Of a stretch of 64,000 nt of DNA, positions 42,818 to 51,539 are shown piece after piece (position 1 is the stretch's first letter; each line of letters begins with the position of its first letter). This DNA comes from Waterburya sp. GTDB lineage: Bacteria; Cyanobacteriota; Cyanobacteriia; Cyanobacteriales; Xenococcaceae. Location: NCBI GenBank assembly GCA_965217895.1, contig CBDCJV010000002.1:1792001-1856000 (forward strand), read 5' to 3'. The translations under genes and the position numbers were made by a program. The notes beneath the pieces are model-generated. The model ran no database searches, was not told where the DNA came from, and worked only from the letters and a program-made list of their open reading frames with translations.

Positions 42818-42857
42818 TCAAGCCTGTTTGATGTTAGTTTCCATCAAACAGACTTGA
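42818..42857. terminator. Hairpin terminator downstream of the csp gene
   Basis: TCAAGCCTGTTTGATG...CATCAAACAGACTTGA. Confidence 0.65.
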
Positions 42858-42880
42858 AATATCACTCTTTGCAAGTAAGA

Positions 42881-43084
42881 TCAATTTGGAATAACGTTTA
42901 CCGCACAAGGCCCTTTTTTACCTTGTCCGACTTCATATTCCACTTTTTGTCCCTCTTTAAGAGTAGTATCGCGATCGCCTTGAATTTCGGTGGCATGAAC
43001 AAAAAGATCTTTGCCTCCGTCATCTTGAAGTATAAAACCAAAGCCTTTTTCGTCATTAAAGAACTTTACAGTACCTGTACTCAT
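42881..43084 (-). CDS. Cold-shock protein (CspA family)
   Basis: [15 protein letters not shown] (RNP1), DLFVH (RNP2), [19 protein letters not shown]. Confidence 0.93.
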   Translation of the reverse strand: MSTGTVKFFNDEKGFGFILQDDGGKDLFVHATEIQGDRDTTLKEGQKVEYEVGQGKKGPCAVNVIPN

Positions 43085-43403
43085 GCAGTTTTCTCTTTGC
43101 TAAATAAATAATCCAGTAGCTTGAAGTGTATCGCAAAAGTAACTAAAAATATCTAGTTTTACCCGAAGCAGATCGCGCCAAACTTGAAATTTACGGTAAA
43201 ACGTCAGTTCGCCGAAATTTACTTAATGTTAAGCCGTTTTAGTAAAATTTTTTGTTAATTTAATTTCAAGTTACCGACTCGTAAAACTAAAAATAAACGA
43301 TATCAGTAACTTTGCTTATAAATGCGATCGCGGAGACTAATATTGCTCACTTTAAAGTAGTTTTGAGCAACAAGTAAAATAAATAGCGAGACTTAAACAA
43401 TTT

Positions 43404-46358
43404 TTAAGCTCTTTTAACTTCTAAATCAGCAGCAATAGGGTGTTTTTGCAGAACTTGTTTTAAATATTTTGCTGTATAAGAATTTTTATTCTCAGCTACT
43501 TCTTCTGGTGTACCTGTGGCGATAATGTGTCCGCCTTTATCGCCTCCTTCAGGGCCAAGATCGATAATCCAGTCCGAACAACGGATAACGTCTAAGTTAT
43601 GTTCAATAACAATTAAGGAGTTGCCTTTATCTACCAGACGTTGCAGCACGTTTAAAAGATGATGCACATCGTAAAAGGATAAGCCCGTAGTAGGTTCATC
43701 AATTAAGTAAAGAGTTTTACCTGTGGCACGACGGGATAATTCTGAGGCTAGCTTAACTCTTTGTGCCTCGCCTCCTGAAAGAGTGGGGGCAGGCTGTCCG
43801 AGTTTGACATAACCTAAGCCTACATCCATTAGAGTTTGCAATCTATTAGCAGCACGAGGAATATTTTTAAAGATTTCTGCTGCCTCTTCTACCGTCATGT
43901 CTAAAACATCGGCAATAGAATAGTTTTTATACTTAACCTGGAGAGTTTCACGGTTATATCTTGCCCCCTTGCAGACATCACACTGTACATAGACATCAGG
44001 TAAAAAATTCATTTCGATGACATTGACTCCTTGTCCGCTACAGGCTTCGCAGCGTCCACCCTTAACGTTAAAAGAAAATCGCCCTGCTTTGTAACCTCTG
44101 GCTTTGGCTTCAATAGTTTCCACAAAGATTGCCCGAATGGCATCAAATACCCCTGTATAGGTAGCCGTGTTAGAACGAGGAGTCCGACCAATGGGAGATT
44201 GGTCTATAGTAATTACTTTATCGATCGCCTGTAAACCTTCTACTTCTCCTAGTTGTTTGGGGAAAGGAACTTTACGACTGAGGTAATGTTTTAAGGCGGG
44301 ATGGAGTATTTCATTGACTAGGGTAGATTTTCCTGAACCTGATACTCCAGTGATGCAGACGAATTTACCTAAAGGAATATTTACGTCAAGATGCTGAAGA
44401 TTATTTTGATGGCAGTCTTTAAGAGTTATGCAAATTGCTTTACCTCTTCTTCTCTCTTGAGGAGTAGCAATCACCCGTTTACCAGATAGATATGCCCCAG
44501 TTAAAGAAGCTTCTGAATTTAATAGGGTAGTTAAATCTCCCTGAGAAACAATCTCGCCACCATGTACCCCAGCTTTGGGTCCAATATCGACAATGCTATC
44601 GGCAGCCCGAATCGTGTCCTCGTCGTGTTCGACGACGATTAGGGTATTGCCCAAATCTCTGAGTTTTCTTAAGGTTCCTAGTAATTTATTGTTATCCCGT
44701 TGATGTAGACCGATACTCGGTTCATCAAGTACATATAATACTCCTGTTAAGCCCGCACCGATTTGGGTAGCCAAACGAATTCGCTGTGCTTCTCCTCCAG
44801 AAAGAGTCATAGCTGCACGATCTAAAGTTAAATAATCTAAACCCACATCTAGTAAAAACTGAAGGCGGGATCTGACTTCCTTAAGTGCCAATTCGCCAAT
44901 TAACGCCTGACGGTTACTCAACTTAAGGTCATTTACTCGCTCTAAACACTCTCGAATTGGTACACCTGCTAAATCATTGATGCGGTATTGTCCTAGACTA
45001 ACGGATAAAGAGGCTGGCTTGAGACGTTGACCATTGCAGGTTACACAAGGTTGATTGACAAGATACTGTTCTAGCTTACTCTTAATGGCATCAGAGTTCG
45101 TTTCTTGATAGTTACGCTGCAACATTTTCAGCACCCCTGAGTAGTGGCGATGATAGCCTTTTTTCTGACCGTTGCGACTGTCAGACTGAAAATACAGAGC
45201 TTCTGCTGCACCAAAAAGAATAACCTCCTGCTGTTCTTCTGTCAGCTTTGACCATTGAGTCTGAATCTCAAAACCAAACGCCTGTCCCACTCCATGCAAA
45301 AGAGAGAGATAGTAAGAATTATCTTTATCCGACCAAGGTGCGATCGCGCTATATACTGGTTGATGGGGATCGGGAACAACCAATTCAGGAGCAAAAGTTT
45401 TGTGGCTGCCTAAACCATGACAGTCAGGACAAGCACCATAGGGGGAATTGAAAGAAAACAAGCGAGGAGACAGTTCTTCGATCACCGCACCATGTTCGGG
45501 ACAGGCAAAGTTTTCGGAAAAGACAATCTTCGAGAGTTGCTCTTTAGCATCAGCAGCAGGAATAATTTCTATTTCAGCAATGCCTTCAGATAAATTCAGA
45601 CAAGTACCTAAAGAATCAGCTAGACGTTCGGTGATTCCTGGCTTTTTAACTAAACGATCTATAACTACTTCAATATCGTGCTTATAATTTTTATCTAGTT
45701 TAGTCCGATCGTCAAGCTGCTGCACTTCTCCATCGATTTTTACCCGTACAAAGCCTTGAGAAGCCAAACTAGACAACAATTGTTTGTGTGTCCCTTTATT
45801 ACTCCGCACCACGGGAGCAAGAATCATAAACTTAGTTTTATCGGGTAGTTCCATAATGCGATCGCACATCTCATCAATAGTCTGTGGTACTATAGAACGA
45901 TCGCACCTAGGACAGTGAGGTTCACCAGCTCTACCAAACAGCAACCTTAAATAATCATATATTTCTGTAACCGTCCCGACAGTAGAACGAGGATTATGAG
46001 AGGTGGACTTTTGATCGATAGAAATTGCAGGACTCAACCCTTCAATGGCATCCACATCGGGCTTATCTAGCTGTCCTAGAAACTGACGGGCATACGCACT
46101 AAGAGACTCCACATATCGTCTTTGTCCCTCGGCAAAAATAGTATCAAACGCCAAGGAAGATTTACCCGAACCTGAAACTCCAGTAAAGACAATCAGCTTG
46201 TTGCGAGGTAACTCTAAGTCAATATTTTTAAGATTATGTTGTCTTGCACCTTTAATACGAATGACATTTTCTGCTAAAGATTCTGGCTGAATTTTGCTTT
46301 TTTTACCGTTAGGTTTTGAACCGTTGCTGGAGGGAGACATACAGACAGTGCTTAACAA
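43404..46358 (-). CDS. uvrA: Excinuclease ABC subunit A
   Basis: Two ABC cassettes (GVSGSGKS, LSGGEAQR) and zinc fingers. Confidence 0.98.
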   Translation of the reverse strand: MLSTVCMSPSSNGSKPNGKKSKIQPESLAENVIRIKGARQHNLKNIDLELPRNKLIVFTGVSGSGKSSLAFDTIFAEGQRRYVESLSAYARQFLGQLDKPDVDAIEGLSPAISIDQKSTSHNPRSTVGTVTEIYDYLRLLFGRAGEPHCPRCDRSIVPQTIDEMCDRIMELPDKTKFMILAPVVRSNKGTHKQLLSSLASQGFVRVKIDGEVQQLDDRTKLDKNYKHDIEVVIDRLVKKPGITERLADSLGTCLNLSEGIAEIEIIPAADAKEQLSKIVFSENFACPEHGAVIEELSPRLFSFNSPYGACPDCHGLGSHKTFAPELVVPDPHQPVYSAIAPWSDKDNSYYLSLLHGVGQAFGFEIQTQWSKLTEEQQEVILFGAAEALYFQSDSRNGQKKGYHRHYSGVLKMLQRNYQETNSDAIKSKLEQYLVNQPCVTCNGQRLKPASLSVSLGQYRINDLAGVPIRECLERVNDLKLSNRQALIGELALKEVRSRLQFLLDVGLDYLTLDRAAMTLSGGEAQRIRLATQIGAGLTGVLYVLDEPSIGLHQRDNNKLLGTLRKLRDLGNTLIVVEHDEDTIRAADSIVDIGPKAGVHGGEIVSQGDLTTLLNSEASLTGAYLSGKRVIATPQERRRGKAICITLKDCHQNNLQHLDVNIPLGKFVCITGVSGSGKSTLVNEILHPALKHYLSRKVPFPKQLGEVEGLQAIDKVITIDQSPIGRTPRSNTATYTGVFDAIRAIFVETIEAKARGYKAGRFSFNVKGGRCEACSGQGVNVIEMNFLPDVYVQCDVCKGARYNRETLQVKYKNYSIADVLDMTVEEAAEIFKNIPRAANRLQTLMDVGLGYVKLGQPAPTLSGGEAQRVKLASELSRRATGKTLYLIDEPTTGLSFYDVHHLLNVLQRLVDKGNSLIVIEHNLDVIRCSDWIIDLGPEGGDKGGHIIATGTPEEVAENKNSYTAKYLKQVLQKHPIAADLEVKRA

Positions 46359-46613
46359 TGCTTAAGAGTTCCTAATTATATTAGCGTTATCTAATAGTTA
46401 ATGGATTGAGTTAAATAATTGGATTGCTGTTGATGGCTTTATCTTATCTGCTTCAGCTTAAACCTAATTCCTCAGAAATAAAGCAATACGCATTTATATT
46501 AGGACACTCCCTGCGGGGGATACCCCTCGGCTACTTACGAGCAACTAAATTTTCTGTCCTGTCTTGGTGCGCGTACATGCGGCTAAAGCCTTTGTCTTGC
46601 GCATTTTGACGAC

Positions 46614-46710
46614 GCGGTGAGACAGTTGCGTTGCGGTGAAGCAGTTGCGTTGGGCGGGTTTCCCGACTTGAGCAAACTGCTGAACCCGAAGGGGGTTTCC
46701 CCCGTTGAGG
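46614..46710. repeat. Small dispersed repeat nested within a copy of itself
   Basis: GCGGTGAGACAGTTGCGTTG followed immediately by GCGGTGAAGCAGTTGCGTTGG; two GGGTTTCCC hairpins. Confidence 0.65.
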
Positions 46711-46902
46711 AGGGCGTGTCGTCGTAGCTTTGCTGCGACGTTTATACCGCCCGTCAAACTGTTGAACCCTTTAGGGGGTCGCACCGCTAACCGATTGACG
46801 TACTGCGATAAATTGTTTCTCTTTGACATTGCGAATCAAAACTCGTTAGATGCTCACGCTCATCTGTCTGGTTATCGGCGAATAATTATGTTATGCTAAT
46901 TT

Positions 46903-47000
46903 GTGATTCGGACTCATGCAGTATTAACGCCCGAACCTTGTCAGAGCTTGACGGCAGCAGCAATAAGGGATGCTTAACACAGGCGTGATATCCGAATCAT
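46903..47000 (+). ncRNA. ffs: Signal recognition particle RNA (4.5S) with a UGAC tetraloop
   Basis: Long hairpin TGATTCGGA.../...TCCGAATCA; helix 8 CCCGAACC..GTCAGA-GCT-TGAC-GGC-AGCAGC-AATAAGGG; TGnTATGCT extended -10 at 46889-46897. Confidence 0.88.
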
Positions 47001-47006
47001 CATTAT

Positions 47007-47138
47007 TAAACCATGTCTATATTAAAAACAGTAGTTCTGATGAAGGCGAGATAGTATCAAATCAAAACTCGTTACTTGCTACTTGCTACTCAAAACAGTT
47101 AACTAAAAAATTACAGGTTTCAAACTAGATGCAGTTTA
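47007..47138. mobile_element. Degenerate MITE-like element with TAAACCGCATCTAG-type ends and internal ACTTGCT heptamers
   Basis: Right end TTTCAAACTAGATGCAGTTTA; degenerate left end TAAACCATGTCTATATTAAAA; related end at 50103-50123. Confidence 0.45.
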
Positions 47139-47207
47139 ATAGCTCTGTTTCAAGACTCAAATCACTATGGTTCTTGGGATTAAATCACTGCCACAGATGT
47201 TGACCTA

Positions 47208-48032
47208 ATGTTGACAAAAAGGATAAAAAACATACCTAAGAAATTTATCGTTTTTCAATTGTTGATTTTAAGTTTAGTCAGTAGCTGTACTCAAACCGTT
47301 AATCGCCAGACAGTAGATAAACAACAAACTCCCGCAACAACGGAATTAACTATCTCTGCTGCTGCTAGTATGCAGGATGTATTAACTGATATTGAAGATC
47401 TTTATACTCAACAACATCCTCAAGTAAAGATAGCTCTTAATTTTGGTTCTTCTGGTTCTTTGGAAAATCAAATAGAACAAGGCGCGCCGATTGATATTTT
47501 TATTTCTGCTGCACCAAAGCAAATAAATGATTTAGAGGCTAAAAAGCTGCTACTCGCCACAACTCGCCAAGATTTAGTAGCAAACCAAATGGTGTTAATA
47601 GTACGGCCAGACAATCAATCAATTGTTGATTTTGCCGATTTAGCCAAAGAATCAACTAAGCAAATCGCTTTAGGAGAACCGACTAGTGTTCCTGCGGGAC
47701 AATATGCTGAAGAAATATTAACCAACCTAAATATTATTGATGCTGTTAGACCTAAAAGTGTTTATGGCAAAGATGTACGCCAAGTTTTAAGTTATGTGGA
47801 GACGGGCAATGTAGATGCAGGGATAGTTTATCGTACCGATGCAGAGTCTTCTAAACAAGTCAAAATTGTTGCTACTGCACCCGAAAAAAGCCATAGCCCT
47901 ATAATATATCCTGTTGCCGTAATTAAAGATAGCAATCATCCCCAAGCTGCGGAACAGATGCTTCAGTTTCTCTTTTCACCTGAAGCTCAGGCTATTTTTA
48001 AACAGTATGGTTTTGTGTCAATTAACAATTAA
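47208..48032 (+). CDS. modA: Molybdate ABC transporter substrate-binding lipoprotein
   Basis: Lipobox-like VSSC, SAAASM, FGSSG, VPAGQYA, DAGIVYRTDA. Confidence 0.95.
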   Translation: MLTKRIKNIPKKFIVFQLLILSLVSSCTQTVNRQTVDKQQTPATTELTISAAASMQDVLTDIEDLYTQQHPQVKIALNFGSSGSLENQIEQGAPIDIFISAAPKQINDLEAKKLLLATTRQDLVANQMVLIVRPDNQSIVDFADLAKESTKQIALGEPTSVPAGQYAEEILTNLNIIDAVRPKSVYGKDVRQVLSYVETGNVDAGIVYRTDAESSKQVKIVATAPEKSHSPIIYPVAVIKDSNHPQAAEQMLQFLFSPEAQAIFKQYGFVSINN

Positions 48033-48055
48033 CAACTGAAGATACTTCATTGGCT

Positions 48056-48239
48056 GGCGTTGCTGAATCCAGGTATGATTCATAATTTTTACTCGTTGAG
48101 CAAATCAATTAAAAAGCTAAGAGCTGCAAGCTGGAGCTTGCCGACTCTCCTTCGGAGAGGCGAGGCTTTCCAAAGCCTCTAAGAGCTAATAGCTACGAAC
48201 AGATTACTTTTCGGTTTCATACTTCAAATCAGCAACGCC
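48056..48239. mobile_element. MITE-like element with 23-bp imperfect TIRs and nested hairpins and heptamers, located between modA and modBC
   Basis: GGCGTTGCTGAATCCAGGTATGA ... TCATACTTCAAATCAGCAACGCC. Confidence 0.7.
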
Positions 48240-48274
48240 CATTTGCTTTACCCAAATTTGTACGATTAAATCTT

Positions 48275-50098
48275 TTGTTAAATAGCAGTGTTTTAGCTTC
48301 CGTTTGGATATCTCTCAAAACAGCAGTAGTCGCCACGATAATTACCTTCTGCTTGGGAGTTTTGGCTGCGTGGTGGATGAGTCGATATCGAGGTAAAGCT
48401 AAAGGCTTAATTGATGGCATCTTTACTGCGCCGTTAGTATTACCACCGACAGTAGTAGGATTTTTATTACTTTTGGCTTTGGGTAAAAATGGATTTTTGG
48501 GACAACTATTAGATTTAGTAGGCATACGAGTAATTTTTACCTGGTATGCTACCGTCATTGCAGCCACAGTAGTAGCTTTTCCTTTAATGTATAAGACTGC
48601 TTTAGCAGCATTCCAGCAAAATAATACTAATAGTAATCTCGTTGCTTGTGCGAGAACTTTAGGAGCTTCAGAAACCACTATTTTCTGGCGAATCATTTTA
48701 CCGTTAGCTAAACCTGGGCTGATTGCAGGAACTTTATTAGCTTTTGCTCGCGCTTTAGGCGAATTTGGGGCAACCTTGATGTTAGCAGGCAGTATTCCTG
48801 GTAAAACTCAAACCATACCAATTGCCATCTTTTTTGTTGCCGAAAGTGGGGCGATGGATCAAGCCTTATGGTTAGTAATTATATTGTTATTTATTTCTTT
48901 AGCCGTCATTATGGGGGTTAATTATTGGGAAAACAGAGAAAGTAGGGGCAAATGGTTGTTAACCCACAAGAAAGCTAGAGGCTATTCGCAAACAGCCTTT
49001 AGAAAAAGTAAGCAAATAGAAGAGATAAAGTTAGAGGTAGATATTCAAAAACAACTACCAGATTTTTTATTGGACATTACCTTTAAAATTGATAGCCAGC
49101 AAAATACTTTAGGAATACTAGGAAGTTCTGGAGCAGGAAAAACCACTCTTTTACGCTGTATTGCAGGATTAGACACTCCAGACCGAGGCAGAATTATCCT
49201 CAACAATCGAGTTTTATTTGATTCAGCCAAGGAAATTAACTTACCACCTCAAGAACGTACTGTGGGTTTAGTATTTCAAGATTATGCTCTTTTCTCTCAT
49301 CTTACTGTAGCTGAAAATATTGCTTTTGGGATGTCTGCTACACACTCAGCTTTGGTAATTCAGGAAGAAATAAATAAGCAATTAGAACAAGTAAATTTGT
49401 TGTCAAAAAGCGATCGCTTTTCTGCCCAGCTATCAGGAGGAGAACAGCAAAGAATCGCCTTAGCAAGAGCTTTAGCTAGCAATCCTGCTGTAACCTTACT
49501 AGATGAGCCATTTTCTGCTTTAGACACTAACTTAAAAGCTAGATTAATTAAATTGCTCCACAAGCGTTTAACTAATTATCCAGGCTTAACTCTATACGTT
49601 ACTCACAATTTGGCAGAGGCATATTATCTTTGTCCGCAATTATTAATTATCGATCGCGGCACAGCGATCGCTTTTGATCAAAAACAAAATATAATTAATC
49701 ATCCTCCTAACCTCAAAACGGCTCAAATAACAGGATGCAATAATTTTTCTCGTGCCAAGAAAACTTCACCGCAAACTATTAAAGCAGTAGATTGGCAATG
49801 CGAGCTACAGGTTGAGCATCCCATACCTAAAAACTTAAGCCAAATTGGTATTCATGCTCATGCAATTACCTTTACCAAGAATGAGTCAGGGGTAAATATA
49901 TTTCCCGTTTGGCTGGCTAAATATAGTGAATTTCCTAACAAAGTTATTGCGTATTTAAAACTTCATTCCACAATTAATAATTCAGAAGACTATCATTTAG
50001 AAGTGGAAGTAACTTTTTCTCAATGGCAACAGTTACAACAGCTAGCTTTACCTTGGCAGATACAATTACCTGCTAATCAAATAATAATGTTTAGCTAA
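48275..50098 (+). CDS. modB: Fused molybdate permease and ATPase (ModBC)
   Basis: PLVLPPTVVGF, FARALGEFGAT, then GSSGAGKT, LSGGEQQR, LLDEP and a TOBE-like tail. Confidence 0.92.
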   Translation: MLNSSVLASVWISLKTAVVATIITFCLGVLAAWWMSRYRGKAKGLIDGIFTAPLVLPPTVVGFLLLLALGKNGFLGQLLDLVGIRVIFTWYATVIAATVVAFPLMYKTALAAFQQNNTNSNLVACARTLGASETTIFWRIILPLAKPGLIAGTLLAFARALGEFGATLMLAGSIPGKTQTIPIAIFFVAESGAMDQALWLVIILLFISLAVIMGVNYWENRESRGKWLLTHKKARGYSQTAFRKSKQIEEIKLEVDIQKQLPDFLLDITFKIDSQQNTLGILGSSGAGKTTLLRCIAGLDTPDRGRIILNNRVLFDSAKEINLPPQERTVGLVFQDYALFSHLTVAENIAFGMSATHSALVIQEEINKQLEQVNLLSKSDRFSAQLSGGEQQRIALARALASNPAVTLLDEPFSALDTNLKARLIKLLHKRLTNYPGLTLYVTHNLAEAYYLCPQLLIIDRGTAIAFDQKQNIINHPPNLKTAQITGCNNFSRAKKTSPQTIKAVDWQCELQVEHPIPKNLSQIGIHAHAITFTKNESGVNIFPVWLAKYSEFPNKVIAYLKLHSTINNSEDYHLEVEVTFSQWQQLQQLALPWQIQLPANQIIMFS

Positions 50099-50174
50099 GA
50101 ACTAAACCGCATCTAGTTTGAAATGCGCAAATGCCTGGGTTTCAAATATCTGTTTGAGAGAGTAGAGAGTTGTA

Positions 50175-50309
50175 TTATATTAGGTTCGGATGAAGAGTTA
50201 AATTTAGGTAGGTAGAGTAGCAAGTAGCAGATAGCAAGTTTTTTAGACCCAGTTTTAATTATTTCATGGATACATATTGTATTAAAGCAATTATCCGAAC
50301 TTGATATTA
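50175..50309. mobile_element. MITE-like element with ATATCAAGTTCGGAT-type TIRs
   Basis: TTATATTAGGTTCGGATGA ... TTATCCGAACTTGATATTA, with internal AGCAAGT heptamers. Confidence 0.55.
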
Positions 50310-50391
50310 GACCTTTTCTAAATACAAAATTACCATCTCTAAATTAATTAGAATGACTATAGCTTTCAATATTTTAAAAACTATCTATTTT

Positions 50392-50721
50392 TCAATTGTT
50401 TCTAGTTATGGGTCTTTCCCCATCAATATCTAAAGTATCGACAACTTCGTATTTATTAGCCATGATGGGGCGTTCTCCGTCGTCTTGAAAAGTATCAACA
50501 ACTTTTACACCATGATTATTCGCAGGACGCTTACTGTCTTTTTCTTCTGGCTGATTTTGAGGTTTATTTGATTCTGAAGAATTATTTACCAGAAAATCAA
50601 GACTTTTAGCAATTGGCCGTTCTCCATCTTCTTGAAAAGTATCTACTATATCGATTTCACCTTCATCAATCGGACGAATACCATCTTCTTGAAAAGTTTT
50701 GTTTTCTTGTTGTTCGCTCAT
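50392..50721 (-). CDS. Acidic protein with four DTFQ(E/D)DGERPI repeats
   Basis: TFQEDGIRPI, DTFQEDGERPI, DTFQDDGERPI, DTLDIDGERPI. Confidence 0.75.
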   Translation of the reverse strand: MSEQQENKTFQEDGIRPIDEGEIDIVDTFQEDGERPIAKSLDFLVNNSSESNKPQNQPEEKDSKRPANNHGVKVVDTFQDDGERPIMANKYEVVDTLDIDGERPITRNN

Positions 50722-50801
50722 GATCTTTGTATTTTTATTAAGGATATAGTTATTTAGCTTTTAGTAAGTAGTGAGTAGTAAGTAGTGAGTAGTTTTCTAT
50801 G

Positions 50802-50927
50802 CAATACCGTTCGTTTAAGCCCCCCAGCCCCCAACTTTGGGGGAGCTAGACTTGTGTAGCTGTCCCCCAGGATTGGGGGATTTAGGGGGCGGATGAAATA
50901 ACTTAAGAGACTAACCGAACAGTATTG
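50802..50927. mobile_element. MITE-like element (CAATAC(C/T)GTTCG TIRs) carrying a C/G-run palindromic repeat and sitting inside a heptamer palindrome
   Basis: CAATACCGTTCGTTTAAG ... CTAACCGAACAGTATTG; internal CCCCCAACTTTGGGGG and CCCCCAGGATTGGGGG. Confidence 0.7.
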
Positions 50928-51010
50928 GTTTTTTATGACTACTTACTACAAACCACGAACTACAAACTTCATTTCAATACCATTAAATAAATTGTTGTTC
51001 TCAAACTGTC

Positions 51011-51394
51011 TTAGTCGAAGAAATCTTTAACTGAATCTACGAAACTTTCCGACTTATCTCCTACAGTATCTTTAGCATCATCTAATTTGTTTTTAGCAGT
51101 GCCAATACCTTGCTTAGCTGAACCTTTTGCTTGGTTCAATGCACCTTCTGCCTTATTATCTATGTCGCTTGATGCTTTACGTTTGGCTGTACCCATGCCC
51201 TTTTGCATACCGCCTTCAACCTGATCGGAAATTCCCGATGCTGTTGCTGCTAGCAAAGGATTATTAAAAGTTTCTATATTTACTGAGGCATTAGCCGAAG
51301 CAGTAAAAGAATTAAAACCTATAAAGATAGTAAAGGCGATCGCGCTCAAGGCGATCGTTAATTTACCTGCATATATTTTGAATTTACTGATCAT
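51011..51394 (-). CDS. CsbD/LEA-like stress protein with an N-terminal signal or TM segment
   Basis: KAEGALNQAKGSAKQGIG...VDSVKDFFD. Confidence 0.7.
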   Translation of the reverse strand: MISKFKIYAGKLTIALSAIAFTIFIGFNSFTASANASVNIETFNNPLLAATASGISDQVEGGMQKGMGTAKRKASSDIDNKAEGALNQAKGSAKQGIGTAKNKLDDAKDTVGDKSESFVDSVKDFFD

Positions 51395-51539
51395 TTTTTG
51401 TCCTTTATCTAAAACGTAATGTTTATTGCTCTGTTCTTTAGCTTTAACAGTATATTTGGTATTTTATTTTATTTAATCATTCTAGAGTTAGAGATTAAGA
51501 AAAATTAAACTGCTCGCGTCTGTCTATCGCCCAACTTCA

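Noticed and set aside
46424..46899. Short ORFs of 61, 94 and 64 aa over the GC-rich island
   Set aside because: They read through nested repeats and show no recognisable protein features
47140..47207. Possible Moco riboswitch upstream of modA
   Set aside because: No recognisable Moco motif; the region is occupied by ffs and a MITE-like end
48275..50098. ModB-ModC fusion
   Set aside because: Already known in cyanobacteria such as Synechocystis
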